A DNA stretch of 64,000 nt from Paragordius varius (lineage: Eukaryota; Animalia; Nematomorpha), in assembly GCA_964247055.1 (NCBI GenBank), contig OZ176059.1:248001-312000 (forward strand). Reading direction: 5' to 3'. Below, piece by piece: positions 16,001 to 28,699 of the stretch (the first letter of the stretch is position 1; each line of letters opens with the position of its first letter). The notes below the pieces were generated by a model. The model worked only from the letters and a program-made list of their open reading frames with translations, was not told the DNA's origin and did no database searches. A program made the translations under genes and the position numbers.

Positions 16001-19000
16001 TAAAGTGGTCGGAAGGGTTCATGTTAAAAAGGGTTACTTCGGTAAATATATTGCACAAACTCGAGGAAATTTTTGCCAGGTTTGGGAGTGATAACGCTTC
16101 TTACTTCAATAATTTGTACTTTACATCAACCCTGACAAACTTGAAAATTAAGCACGTGAGAGTAACCCCTATCCTAAAAGTAATGGGATGGTAGAAAAGT
16201 TAGTGGGGATCCTAAAGGGCAAGTATAGAAAAATCAAAAACTATAATATTTCACCACAAGAAGCTTTCAATACCACTTTATGGTCTTACCGTACCTCAAT
16301 TCACGCTACCACGAAAGAAACCCCCTTTCAACTACTCTTTAAACAAGTATCCCAAACACACCTGACCTGGATTAACACAAAAACAACAGTCTTAGACGCA
16401 CCCCGTCCGCGTCGTGAGTTTTCAATAGACCAACGCATAATGATGAAAAACGAACAAAGTCCTGGATGGCGAGCCGGCGATGTTGTTGATAGAACGGGTC
16501 TCCTTTCGTACAGTGTGTGGGATCAGGAAAACAATAAGATGGTCAGAAAACAAGCGGACCAGTTGAAACACATAGACCCACCCGCCAACTCAACTACACC
16601 AGAAGAATAGTAATGATAGTTATAACGATGGCAATAACAGTAATAATAATGGTATCAGTATTGATAATGATAATAATAATAATAATAATAGTAATGACAA
16701 TAATAATGATAAAAATAATGAAAGTAATAATGATAATATTAAAAAAGTAAAAATTATTAAATATTAATCTGCCTTTATGAAATTTGTGTGAAATTAATTT
16801 GCATGATATCAAAAACAAGAAAAATTTTCACAGGTATATGCTTAATAATTCAAAATATACGAGTAACTAATGGATAAGTTATTTACATAATACAAAAATA
16901 TAGATTATTCAAATATTATTATCACTCAAATTTGTATTATACATAAAATATAATTATAATTTGTATACATAACAGTTACCAACATACATCTCTATTTTAT
17001 ACTTTACGGTTAAAACAATTATATATAAAAAAACAAGATTTAAAAAGTATAGTTGTCTTTTAGAAAAAAATATTTGTCATCTTTATATTTTTACGTTTTG
17101 TCCGTATGATTTGAGCGCTTATGGTAAAAACGAAAGGTTAAAAAGGCATAGCTAGATTTGAAAAATATTTGTTTTTTATATTAGGGTTGGGTTTTTTCCC
17201 CGGTTAAATTATAACGGTTTTAAATGTCATGAATGTAATAATTGATTCATGGTCATAAGCAGTCATGATTACTTATACAAATGTAAAAATTGTGTTATAA
17301 TTAAATCAAACGAAGGTAATCATATAATTAGTAGGATAGTTTTAATGATTAATGAATATGAAATTGTAAATTAGTTACATAAATTTTAAGTTTATAGATA
17401 TAAACAGTTTAGAGTTCCTTTTTTTCTATATAAGGGTCAGGACAGACTCAAATTTTATCAGGACTTGTGAAGGCTAAAACACTCACCTGCCTGTCTGCCC
17501 AGGGCTAATTGACAGTGATATCATGAAAAAATTGCATAGTTTCGGGCAACTCTCTCTGCCATTCCACGCACTCATTCTAAGAGTCCATCACGCCTTAAAA
17601 ATTTACACTTATATTACACAACATTTCATTTTGTATACATATAACTTATAAGATGATATAATGTAATGTATGGAAAACTGTGGATATAGTTTGGTTTTAT
17701 CTCGTAAAAATACCATTTTTCAGTCAAAAGCAACACCCTTTCAACCCAAACGCAACATTTTTAATTCCGTTCAAATGGACCATGTTGCGTTTATATGATT
17801 CATTATATCGTAAAAATATTTTTTTAATGCTTGAAAACCAACCTGTTCAAGGTATTGGATCCGTTGTTTGAGCAATCTATTTTCACCCTTGAGTTTTTTG
17901 GTTTCGGCTAGGCCCTCATTCTCTTTGGCCCGGATAGTAGTGTAATCTTTTTCTAGGCGTTTCATTCGTTTAGTGTCTAAGGGAACCCCTGCACCCCCAT
18001 TCCCATAAAATGCAATGTGAAACAATACATCGGGATCATTGCCGAGTCGGGCTGGAATGTCTTTTTGTAAATACTGTAAGTTCAGATAGAATTTAAATGT
18101 GAAATGAAAATAAATGGTATAGTATAGTGCGTATTATTAATGTTCAATTATAGCGTATGGGTAAAAAAGAGCAAATGGTTCAAATTAAACAATCTCCTCG
18201 CATATTTTCATATTAGATGTGTTGATTAAATTAAGAAAAAACCTTGTTTTATACCATAAGCTATGGTATGTATTACTAATTGGCCAAACAATAAAGTGGG
18301 TACTATTTGAAACTACAGTAAACATAGTTATTTTTTTACATATAAAATATGATTAAACACTAATGTTTGTAAACTATGTAAAGTTTTTACTTTACCGATT
18401 AAGCAAATTATCCTTTATTTAGCCATGCAAAAATATAGCAATATTTAATCAAATTATGGTTTTGTTGGTATTTAAATATTTTATAGGGAAAAAAAAGTGA
18501 ATTAAAAAGTATCAATACTTTTTACCATTATGTATTACAATATAAGTCAAAAAAATACGGTTGTTTACTGTAAACATATCTTTATGAAAGAAATCTAAAA
18601 AAATACTTTAAAATCAAAAACAAAAATATATTATATGTAATTATAATTAATATAAATATACCTGTATCATACCCTCCATATCTAATGCCATAAGGTCCAT
18701 TTTGCTTAAACTTAAAATAGCGGCGGCAATTTTAAAGATAACATCTAACCCCTAATCAGTACATAAATGCAAAAATTTAAAATTTGTTTCATGGGTATTA
18801 AAAAAAATATGTTAAATTATAATCAAAAAAATTTCAAGAATTCCAGATTTTTTTTAAATATACATCTAAAATAAAAACTATAACAAGGCAAAACATAAAA
18901 AACAATAGAAAAAATCATTTGCATAGAAAAAATCAATTTTCTATTTTATAAAACTCAAACTTTTACAATTGTTAGACATAAAATTAATCATGTGAACCAA

Positions 19001-22000
19001 CACTTTATTTCTATATCCTTTTTTGCGACGCAAAATCATACATTATATTTCTACATCGTTGGGAAAATATAATTTTTGTAATTATACTGTAATTATGGTT
19101 TGATATGATGTTACAAAAAATGATGTATAAAAACATAAAATTTTATACTTCAAGTAAAAAAACATCCATAATACGGAAAGCCGTTTCAAGCGGTAAGGTG
19201 GATGAAAATAGGGTTAGAAACCATGGTGATGCATATAGGGATGCGTGAAAGGCATGTTCCTGGAAATGAATAGCTAAATCTGGCAAATAATCTTGGATTA
19301 GGCATTCCAGTTGGTACATGCAAGTGGCCAAATCCGACATACACGGTTTAAAAAGTCTAAAATTGGGTAATTTAATCGCTATTATAATCCTCCCAATGAG
19401 ATGTAATAGGTACGGTAAAAATTGAAATTATACAGACAAAACGTAAAAATATAAAGACAAAAATTTTTTTCAAAAGACAACCATCCTTTTCCAAAACCTT
19501 AATCTATCCCATAATCGTAAAATACATCATTGATTATGTAACCTAGTTACATCTCTATTCCATGCTTTGCAGTTTAAAACAATGAGTTATATTTCAAAAA
19601 AATAATAATTTAATAAGTATAATTGTATTTTTTTTAAAATCGTCGTTATATTTTTATGTTTTGCACGTATAATTTAAATTTTTACTGTAAATGTATCAGC
19701 GAGCTGGTTATTTAAGGATATTTATTATACTTACGTGCATGCTAATAGGTCCATATCGCAAATAAAAAATATATGCTAAATACTTTAAATCTTTTTTGGT
19801 AAAAAATTGCTAAAAGTTTTATCTATTATAAACTATCTAATCTATATTTAAAAAATTTAACGAAAAATACCCAAGAGGTCTTTTGCGCAATCTCTGTGTT
19901 ATATACACAATTTACAACTCAAATTCTCCATTTAATAATTCGAATTCACCCTTAAATAAATTGTGTTTTTGAATAATATATTTTGTTATAATTTTAAAAA
20001 ATAAAATTTCGTTAATTATTAGCATAATACTGAAAAATAAAAGACTATGCCATAAATAAACAATTTATAATGATGTGAGTTATATTAGCTGCCCGAAAAC
20101 ACATAAATTTAGTTCTAGGGTAATTTTAATTGTTCGAGGGTGAATTTGAGGTGTAAATGGTATGCAAAGAAATTTAACAACATACCGTCGTAAATTATGT
20201 TTTTGGCCCGTCATAATGTTCAATAGTACGCTGAATGCATTCTCCTCCGGCATTTGCATAAGTAATAAACCAACTATGAAACAACTGCCTTGGCAGTAAC
20301 CAACCTCTGTATCACACAAGGAATAAGCTTTCATAACGTTAAACAGGCTCTCCTAAAATAGCAAACAAAAGACAGGACATCAATGAATTATTATTATTAT
20401 TTTTATTATAAATTTTTTTAATAAAAAAAATATATTTAATAAAGATAATTATAATAATAATAGTGCAAAATCTACAAAAAACAATAAAACCGATCATTTA
20501 CTTTAATTTAGTTTATTTTGGTAATGATAGTAATAATATTTAATAACCATTTATTGGTTGTGATGACAGACCAAATTTATGGGAAAATCCTAAACTCAAC
20601 AAATAAACAAAAATGGTGAGCTTCTACATTAAATATTTCCATTTTTGTCATAATAACAAAGAAAGAAAGTAGGTATGTTTTATAATTAAAAAAAACTAAA
20701 AATGTCTTCAATATGGCTGACAAAATACCTAATAAATAATTAATTATAATATAAAGGGTCTAAATTATTGGGAATATAAAGCCAATCCCTATTTTATTAG
20801 GATAATATTATGTGATAGATGATCATTTCATGGATTTGAAAATTATAGTTTTTGCATAATAGTTAGTATGTCAAAATAGAATATTTAATATTAACTTTAG
20901 TTGACAAGCTATAGACGAACATCAATCCCTTAAATATTACATTAAAAAGTTATTATTTATGCAGACATTTTTTGACTATTATTGATGTACTACAAAACAA
21001 TTTCACAAGGTTATTAATTTTGTGATAACACTCAATTATTCCGATGCTCAAATAAACGTACGCAATTTTATTTAGTATAGATAGTAATTATCATCCAATC
21101 TTATTTTTATTATTTCATTTCATTAAAAAAATATAAAATCCTAAAAAAAATACCTGTCCAGCGCTATTAGTTTCCTTGAAAAATTTGTGGTCAGGATATG
21201 TTCGATTTATGTCTCGTTTTATCAATTTTTCGTACGGTGAAGTAAGCTTTAAGAAATTGGCATAAACGGGTTTAACCACGGATTCTTCGAGGGCCGCAGT
21301 GTTTGGCACCAATAACATGTGATTACCGCTAAGGAGTTGCCAAGCCATCGGTCTAAATGGTTGTGGAATACCACGTAACACAAGTTCCTACATTAAAATA
21401 ATTTTAATTTTTATTATATAATTATGCATTTTGTCTTTTCTCTTTAATTAGTAGTCCTTAAAAACATTTCGAAATATCCCTTTACACATGCAAATATTAG
21501 TTTAAAAAACTCGTAAACCTTTCCAATTTCTCATAATTAATCCACTCCACCCATGAACATTTACATTAAGGCCTAAACATTTTGATATAATCCGTAAACT
21601 TTCCAATCAACCTTTGTACATCTATAAAATTCGCTAAATTTCGAACTAAATTTTAAATATTTTAACCCTTAAACACGTGTTTGCATTCCCCCTTATGCAA
21701 TTTGAATTCCCTTAAATATTTTAAATTTCTTCCTTAAACTTCTCGAATTTACCCTAAAAAATATCAGATGCTTTGCATATTCAAAATTGGGCTAAATTAT
21801 TGGAAATAAATTTTTTTGGGGATATAATGACTGAAGCTAAATCATAGGAAAATGTTGTTTGAGATGATGATCTATAAGCACCTTTTTTATTGTTTTTTTA
21901 TAAAAACAATTGATATATGTTTTAAAAATATTTTTATTACAGTTTTAAAAATCTTTCACCTTAAAAAATTTATCATTATACCCTTATAACGCCGTGCTAA

Positions 22001-25000
22001 AAAAATTACGTTCATTAACCTTGCCCTTTTTACATTAAATATCGCCCTTAAAAATAATGTAGCTTATATTGAATGCAATTTTTTGATTTTTATATGTGTA
22101 CTTCTAGTTTTATAATCAATTTGATTTGATTGTCTTTTGAGACACTAGTACAATGTGGATATTTAAAGTCCCCATAATGACAAAACAATGGGAAAACATA
22201 ATCAATATTGGTAAAAAATTAAAATAATAGAAATACAATTAATTCTAAAATCAATTTTTTCACTGAATTTAATTTTGGTAAGTATCACCGTAAAAATTAA
22301 AACAAAAATCAGTAGAAAATAAAAATATGATACATTATTATAGATGAATTAATACAGAATGTGTAAATGACTAAAAAAATTTCAGAAAAGCATTGATCTT
22401 AGGTAACTAGCCAAAAAATCAAAAATTTCATTCAATTAATACAACAATACCCTTATGAGTGGAGTATATGACGATTTAGCATTCTCCCAATCCCTAATTA
22501 ATTCACTCCAGAGTGACCATATAACTTCATCGTCTAACCCTTTAACCGTTTCAGGTGGTGTCGCGTTTACTAACGAAATTGTGGATAATAATGAGGAGTT
22601 TTGTGGAATCGATTTTTCATTCATATTGTCATAATGTAAGGGCGATATTATTGTTGTGTTGTCACCATGAGGTTCTTCAGCATGCGAAGCAATGATGGGA
22701 TATTTTACAAGGTTGGTGGAGCATTCATTAAGATGCGGATTATAATCATCAAAGCCATCCAGGATTGAAAGATCATTATTTGTCAGTCCCTGTCCTTGGT
22801 GTTGAGTTATGGTTTCACTTGTCACGCTATTCATATCGGTATTACAACTGCTAATTTCGCTTTCCTCTATACTACCATTACTCCTTTGATGATAGATATA
22901 TAGAAAATAAACGTGTGGAATTGAATTGAATAAAATTTAATAATCTTAAACTATTTTTTGACTCAACTCCGGTTTCATGATTAATTTGGAAAATAGTAAA
23001 TGCTTGAGATTTTGGTCAAAATAAATTGCTATCTGATTTTTAAACAAAATTATTTGACCAAAAAAGCTAATTATACAATTCTATATACATATATATATAT
23101 ATATATATATGTACATTGAATCAATTTTTCCCTCGACTATATATGAATATCATAAAATTATGTTTAAAGTTTTTATCCAATTGTACAAGTTGATTAATCA
23201 TAAATCTTATTTATTTAATTTTTATGAAAGCATGGCAAATATATTTAGTTGTCTTGGATATTGACTAAACTACAAATCAATTATTTTGAAAAAAAAGTTA
23301 TTAATTTTTTAAAATTTATACCAATAGGTATAAATAGTGATAAGGGTTGGATAAATTATCATCTATTAGCTAACAATTTTATCACAGAGGGTATAAAAGT
23401 GGAAAGATATTAATTAAAATAGGACAATTTAAAACGATTTGGCTTTAAGTTTGAACTGGTAGTGGATAAAATAAATATGCATAAGTAAGAATATTTCCAC
23501 TTTTATGCTGAAATTATAGAGCAGGGCTGTCCAACACAAACATATTTGCGGAGGCTTTGATAAATTTTGAGTTTATTTACTTATAATGAGCCCAGTTTAA
23601 GATATATCTTCTAAATAATCGTAAATTTTTGATTAAAATCTAATTTTATATTTTTTAACAATTTTTGAGCACTTTTGCGTAGAGAGAAAGAGTGTTGGAC
23701 ATCTCTGTTTAAGATTCAGTTTGATCTAAAAAACTATATTTCTGAAATTTACACTTTATTCCTAATTAGCCAACCGAAAGTGTCTCATAACCAATATTAC
23801 CTTTCCCTATTATATAGTTACGATGCATTGAACTAGAGATAATTATGAAAAATGTATAATAATGTGCCATGACTTTTACATATATGTAAATATGACAAAA
23901 AATTAACTGGCTTGTTTTAGCTGTAAAGGGAAAAAATATTGACGATAGTTTTTGTTGCAAGCTAGCGCCATTGTTATTATTTTGGTTTATTGCAGCAGGA
24001 ATCATTTTGGACGGTTTTATATCACCAATCTAAAAACAATCATGATTAGAGTTGTGGTAATTTAATGAGTTTACGAGTTTAAAATTTTGCTAAATTTAGG
24101 ATAAAAAACCAAGAGAGATTTATTATATACATCCTTTTGTCGTATAATTAATCCAATAAAATGTCAAAAATAGAGAAAAATTTAATACTTCCAATCAAAT
24201 ATTAAAAATTATTTTGAAATGCATCATATATTTTAATAGTAAAAATATTTAATTTTTAAATCTTTATAACCGTTACATATATATGGGATTTAAAAACAGT
24301 AAAAAGCGTATTATATAACTGTTTTAGTATGAGCAGAAGAGGCTAAGCTATTTTGAGACGAGGTTCGGCTCCCACTACCAAGCGCAACGGTCGAATTGGT
24401 TGAGGATAAACTTAAACCCAACAAACTTTTTGAGTCATTTTCTAGGGCCCTACATATGACAAATGTGTGATTTGAGTTTTTTTTAATAAGAAAAAACCAA
24501 AATATATCAGCCATTATTTATTTACATCTAACAATACACGAAAAATATCTCTTTACTAAGGCGGTTTATAATAATTATCTTATCAATCAATATTAGTTAA
24601 ATTTATGTAGCGTTAAATGGGGGATTATGGAGTTGTAATACATATCATAATTTATTTGAAAAGATAATTATTCTTAATTAACTGTACCACCTATATTCCT
24701 GTTTTATCTTTATAGTATTATAGCATCCAGATTCATTTTTAATAAATATAATTTGTGGATTCATAGATATAATTTATATATCAAAAACAATATTAATTAA
24801 ATTTAAAATTTTTTTGCAATAATTTATTCAAACTAACGTTTCTCATTAAAACTAACATAATTGCTTATTTGCTATAATAATAATAATCTAAAATTCTATA
24901 TCCCGACAAAACATATACTAACGGTTGTATCAAATATAATAAAATTATAATGCATATTTCATAAATAACATCTACTATATTTACTTGTTTGCCGCCTCTA

Positions 25001-25196
25001 ATTTTGCCAAAAGATCAATATCATTGGTTTGATTTGAATTTTTAGGATCTTCATTCTGATAATTTTTATTTTGTTGATAGTTTACATCCTGGGATATAAC
25101 TAAATCATCTTTGATTAAAGAGTCAGAAGAGGCACTCTCATTGTCTGGATTGATGGTGGAATTTAAATATATTCGTTCCCGGTCTTGAAATATCAT
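7070..25196 (-). CDS. EVI5: EVI5-like TBC-domain Rab GTPase-activating protein with C-terminal coiled coils (17 exons, ~1178 aa)
   Basis: Exons 5'->3': 25196-24985, 24449-24320, 24029-23908, 22883-22451, 21387-21154, 20352-20186, 19356-19149, 18751-18662, 18073-17843, 14443-14267, 13180-13034, 12306-12160, 11883-11367, 10374-10190, 9531-9385, 8549-8351, 7260-7070. All are GT-AG and phase-consistent, totalling 3537 nt. EVI5 hallmarks: [20 protein letters not shown]; TBC Arg finger [10 protein letters not shown]; Gln finger GYCQG; [10 protein letters not shown]; [13 protein letters not shown]; [16 protein letters not shown]...[14 protein letters not shown]; [13 protein letters not shown]; [11 protein letters not shown]. 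Confidence 0.92.
10416..10714. mobile_element. hAT MITE family C copy
   Basis: cagacgtgtgtccaacatgcgg ... gcggcccacgaagccatttgtgctggacacccctg. Confidence 0.75.
13418..13727. mobile_element. hAT MITE family C copy
   Basis: cagacatggccaacacgcg ... gcccgcgaagccatttgtgttggaccctg. Confidence 0.75.
14703..16974. mobile_element. Degenerate, rearranged Ty3/Gypsy LTR retrotransposon in an EVI5 intron
   Basis: Two ~250-bp direct repeats (14703-14950 and ~16730-16974), each starting TGTTATGTAT on the minus strand (LTR-like). A polypurine tract aaaggggtagtga abuts the left LTR. Plus-strand integrase 15674-16610 has an HHCC-like segment (LHSDD...[20 protein letters not shown]), [26 protein letters not shown] and [18 protein letters not shown], with stops and frameshifts. 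A second, minus-strand copy of the integrase 3' end (~15560-14962) ends [15 protein letters not shown]. Confidence 0.85.
18662..21387 (-). CDS. EVI5: TBC (Rab-GAP) catalytic domain exons of the EVI5-like gene
   Basis: Four exons (21387-21154, 20352-20186, 19356-19149, 18751-18662) encode [19 protein letters not shown]...[15 protein letters not shown]...[22 protein letters not shown]...[42 protein letters not shown]. Both catalytic fingers (IxxDxxR, YxQ) are intact. Confidence 0.93.
19411..19689. mobile_element. Tc1/mariner-type MITE (family A), full-length copy
   Basis: Long TIR TAC(A/G)GTAAAAATTGAAATTATAC(A/G)GACAAAACGTAAAAATATAAAGACAAA with TA at both ends. Other copies at ~4950-5201, ~12640-12851, 14568-17110 (split by the Gypsy element), ~27210-27487, ~37006-37257, ~57290-57330, ~58431-58704 and ~60265-60470. 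Confidence 0.85.
19903..20163. mobile_element. MITE family D (TIR ~TATACCATTTACACCTCAAATTCACCCT)
   Basis: Inverted aattcaccct(t/c) ... agggtgaattt ends. Related copies at ~28140-28380, ~37780-38023 and probably ~21500-21780. Confidence 0.6.
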
Positions 25197-25813
25197 AATG
25201 ATTTTCTAATTTTAATCATGCTTTTTTTCTTAACTTTAATGTATGGAAATAATGGTATTATCTGTGAGTATATCGAATTTGTAATGGCGAATTGAAAAAA
25301 ATACTAGGATAAAAATACTTTAAATTAAAAATATGCAGAATATTTCTTTCATTTAAAAATGTCACATCTAAAAAACTACGTGCAACTAAAGCAGACGGAT
25401 ATTTAAAATCACGTGACAGCAGTCAGTCAGACGATAAAATTATGTACAAAAATAATCAAAAATCGGTTTCAATAATCAACAGAATTTTTTCTTAAAAGAT
25501 TGTAGAATTGACGTCCAATATAGCTTTAAAAGTGTCTTTTATTTGTGTCAAATCTTCTATTACGAAATACACTATAGTGGAAAGGGAATTCTGTCCAGCT
25601 CGATCTAATATTGCAATAAGGAGGATTCTTTTCAAGTTATGATAAGATTATATATCTCTCCCTCATTCAATTATAATGTTAATAGAAATCTTTTATCAAG
25701 AGTTTTTTTAAATATGCGTGTGTGTGTCTGTGACTAATTGCATATGAATTTAGCATGGACGGATTTGTTAAAACCAGCAAAAACCACTACCTATAAGAAA
25801 AATTAAAAATTGA

Positions 25814-25844
<31 letters not shown>

Positions 25845-26280
25845 TTTACAATTTATATTAATATAGGTTTTCTTCACATACAAAGTAAGCTAACATAGAA
25901 TATCAGCAAAGCAAATGAGTCATTGCTGTAAAAAGTGACATTTGTGTCGAACGCATAAAGTTGGTATATATAAAAATTAAAAATATATTAGTTACTAGGC
26001 TTAAAATGGCATAGTTTATATTAATAATTTCCAATTTTTTTCATCTTTTTCAAAATATACTAGTAATTTTGCCATATTTAAAAAATTTACAAACATTTTT
26101 TTATCGTTATGATGTCTTATTAGTAGATATTATTATTTTTATAAAAATATGTAAAATCAATAACTAAGGTAGAAACCAAATGTTCAATTAATTAATTGAT
26201 TAATTTAGTCCTAAAACGTATAATTAATATAAACTTTGATATGCTATGTTGGTTTAAAGTCAATTTCAAAATATTTAAAA

Positions 26281-26442
26281 TTTCAGTCAAAAGCAATACT
26301 ATTTCAATCAAATGAATAATTTTTTCAAGCAAACGCAATTTTTTTCAACCAAACGCCACATTCAAGCAGGCATTTAATCTAGCAAAAAAACTGAAAAATG
26401 TCGCGTTTGCCTGAAAAAAAGGTTTCTTTTGACTGAAGGTAT
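26281..26442. mobile_element. MITE family E (TIR TTCAGTCAAAAG)
   Basis: tttcagtcaaaagcaa ... cttttgactgaaggtata. A partial copy at ~17708-17765 begins taccatttttcagtcaaaagcaac. Confidence 0.6.
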
Positions 26443-27209
26443 ACAGGTAAAAAGCTTAATCTATACTTTGCGCATTCGTTGAATACTCGAGCAGGGTGTT
26501 AATTTACTTAAAGAACATTCCATAATATTTAATTAGCATTCAACATACAGCCAAATATTTTAACCGTACGTAATTCAAAGGCCTAACTAATTAAAAAATA
26601 AACCAAATTTTAAAATTTAAAAATAATATTTGTATAATGTAAAGGTTGAATGCATTATACATACAATATTTGTCCCTCCAACAATAATTACCATATGTTT
26701 ATTAAATTCATTCATTCGCATATATTTTATAACATAATTTATGATCAGAAAAAAATTATTAGTCTAATAGATAAAAATTTAGAATCGGTGCCAATACTAG
26801 ACCAGAATGAATCATTTTCAATCTATATTAAAACTTGGATTATAAAAACCAACTTAACCCAACCCAAACAAGAAAATTAAAAAGGTTTGTTAGCTGTTAC
26901 CTAATATAAAACCAATCAATTTTGTCCAAATATAAGTAGACTTCATTTATACCAAAACATATAGATAAAATGTACAAATTAATTATTTTAACTACAATAA
27001 ACCATGTCATAAGGATGTGCCTTGTGATATGCGCGCCTCAAAAAAAAAACCAGCAAAAAATTAAAAATTTTATTTTATTTTGTTGTACAATAAATGATTA
27101 AGGGTAATAATTACTTGCATGATAAAATGGATTAATTTTATTTAAGCGAATATTTTTCGTTAAAATACACAATTTTGTTCCAAACATATCAATCCTCATA
27201 TGTCAAAAT

Positions 27210-27487
27210 AAGTAGAAAAAATTGTAATAATACGGACAAAACGTAAAAATATAAAAATATTTTTTAATAAAAAACACCCCATACTTTTTAAAATATTAAT
27301 TTTCTTACAAATATATTACCACTGTAAAATTGTTACCAATATATATCTCTAGTTCCTTTGCATTCTAAATAGCGAGTTATCGGGTAAAAAATTACGATTC
27401 AAAAAGTATGGATGTCTTTTTGAAAAAAAAATCATATTTGTCTTTATATTATTATGTTTTGTCCGTATAATTCCAATTTATACTGTA
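27210..27487. mobile_element. MITE family A copy
   Basis: tacggacaaaacgtaaaaatata ... gtccgtataattccaatttatactgta. Confidence 0.8.
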
Positions 27488-28077
27488 ATTTTAGTGTATG
27501 TTTGCTGCAAAATGCTTGAATCCATACTTATATGTTTTCTCTGTATTGCTAAAACTGGAGAAAAAACCGCACAAAATGTGGTCGCATACTAAATTTATAT
27601 ACGTTAACGCGAAATTATTAAAGTTAATATACCCATGTATGTATACCGTGTTCCAAGAAAATGCATATGAATAAATTTAATTTACTGTAAATTTAATCAT
27701 ATTGTCTGAGATTAAAAAACAACATGATTGTAATTTTAAATTTTTTAAATTAAATCAATCAAAAAAAGCATAGAAAAAAAATTTGAAATATAATATCATC
27801 AACAATTAGCAGATAGGTGATTGGATGGAATATACTAATATATGTGTATGCCATATGATCAAGTAAAAATCGCATTATAAATTTTACAATAATTTTTTTT
27901 ACAAAAAAAACATGATATTAAACCAAAATTAAAATGTATTACAATTGGTTGGTATTAATCTTATTATTTTATAATTACTAAATTATTGGTTTTATTTGAT
28001 CTAACAAACAAGGGGTGTCGTCGAACACAAATGGCTTCACGGGCCGCATTTTTAATTCAAAAAAACTTGGCGGGCAT

Positions 28078-28079
<2 letters not shown>

Positions 28080-28128
<49 letters not shown>
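28080..28128. repeat. (TA)n microsatellite, longest of many
   Basis: About 24 TA units. Others at ~23085, 25820, 28876, 37730, 38927, 39830, 42442, 43903, 46307, 47347 and 48065. Confidence 0.95.
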
Positions 28129-28131
<3 letters not shown>

Positions 28132-28699
28132 GCATTGTTATATAATATATTACCATTATTTCAAATTCACCCTTAAACAATTCATATTTACCCTAAAAAT
28201 AAATTATGGAAATAAATCTTTATGGCTAAGTTTATTATTTTTTCAGTATTATTTTAATGAAAAACAAAATATTAATTTTTAAAAATATTAAAAATATAAG
28301 TATTATATAATCTTAAAAAACCGATAATTTATTTTAGGGTGATTTTGAATTGTTTGAGGGTGAATTTGTGTTCAAGGAATTTAAAGAGTAACCTATATAT
28401 TATATACTGTAAAATGCAAAATAATTTTTCTGGTTCATGCAAATTGAAAAGACTACTCATTTAAGAAAATTGTGTCAAGAAATATATATGTATTTTACGA
28501 TTTTTTCTAAGCATTTAATCCATATTTTTATTCAATCAGATAATTATAAATAAAAAAATATTTAGTTGATGAAAATGTTAGCATTATTATCAAAGGTAGA
28601 ATATTATATAAAGACAACTGTAGTATTTTTTGGAACTAACTCACGTGTGTGTTATAATATGTTATTTCTGCCAAAACTCATTTTTTTAAAACTTTCAAA

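Noticed and set aside
16594-16818. Poly-Ile 'membrane protein' ORF
   Set aside because: Antisense reading of the AAT-rich tail of the Gypsy element.
17708-18123. Possible TE (TACCATTT...AAATGGTA) capturing the EVI5 exon 17843-18073
   Set aside because: Only 8 bp of terminal match in very AT-rich DNA, and the right end lacks the family-E TIR; likely coincidence.
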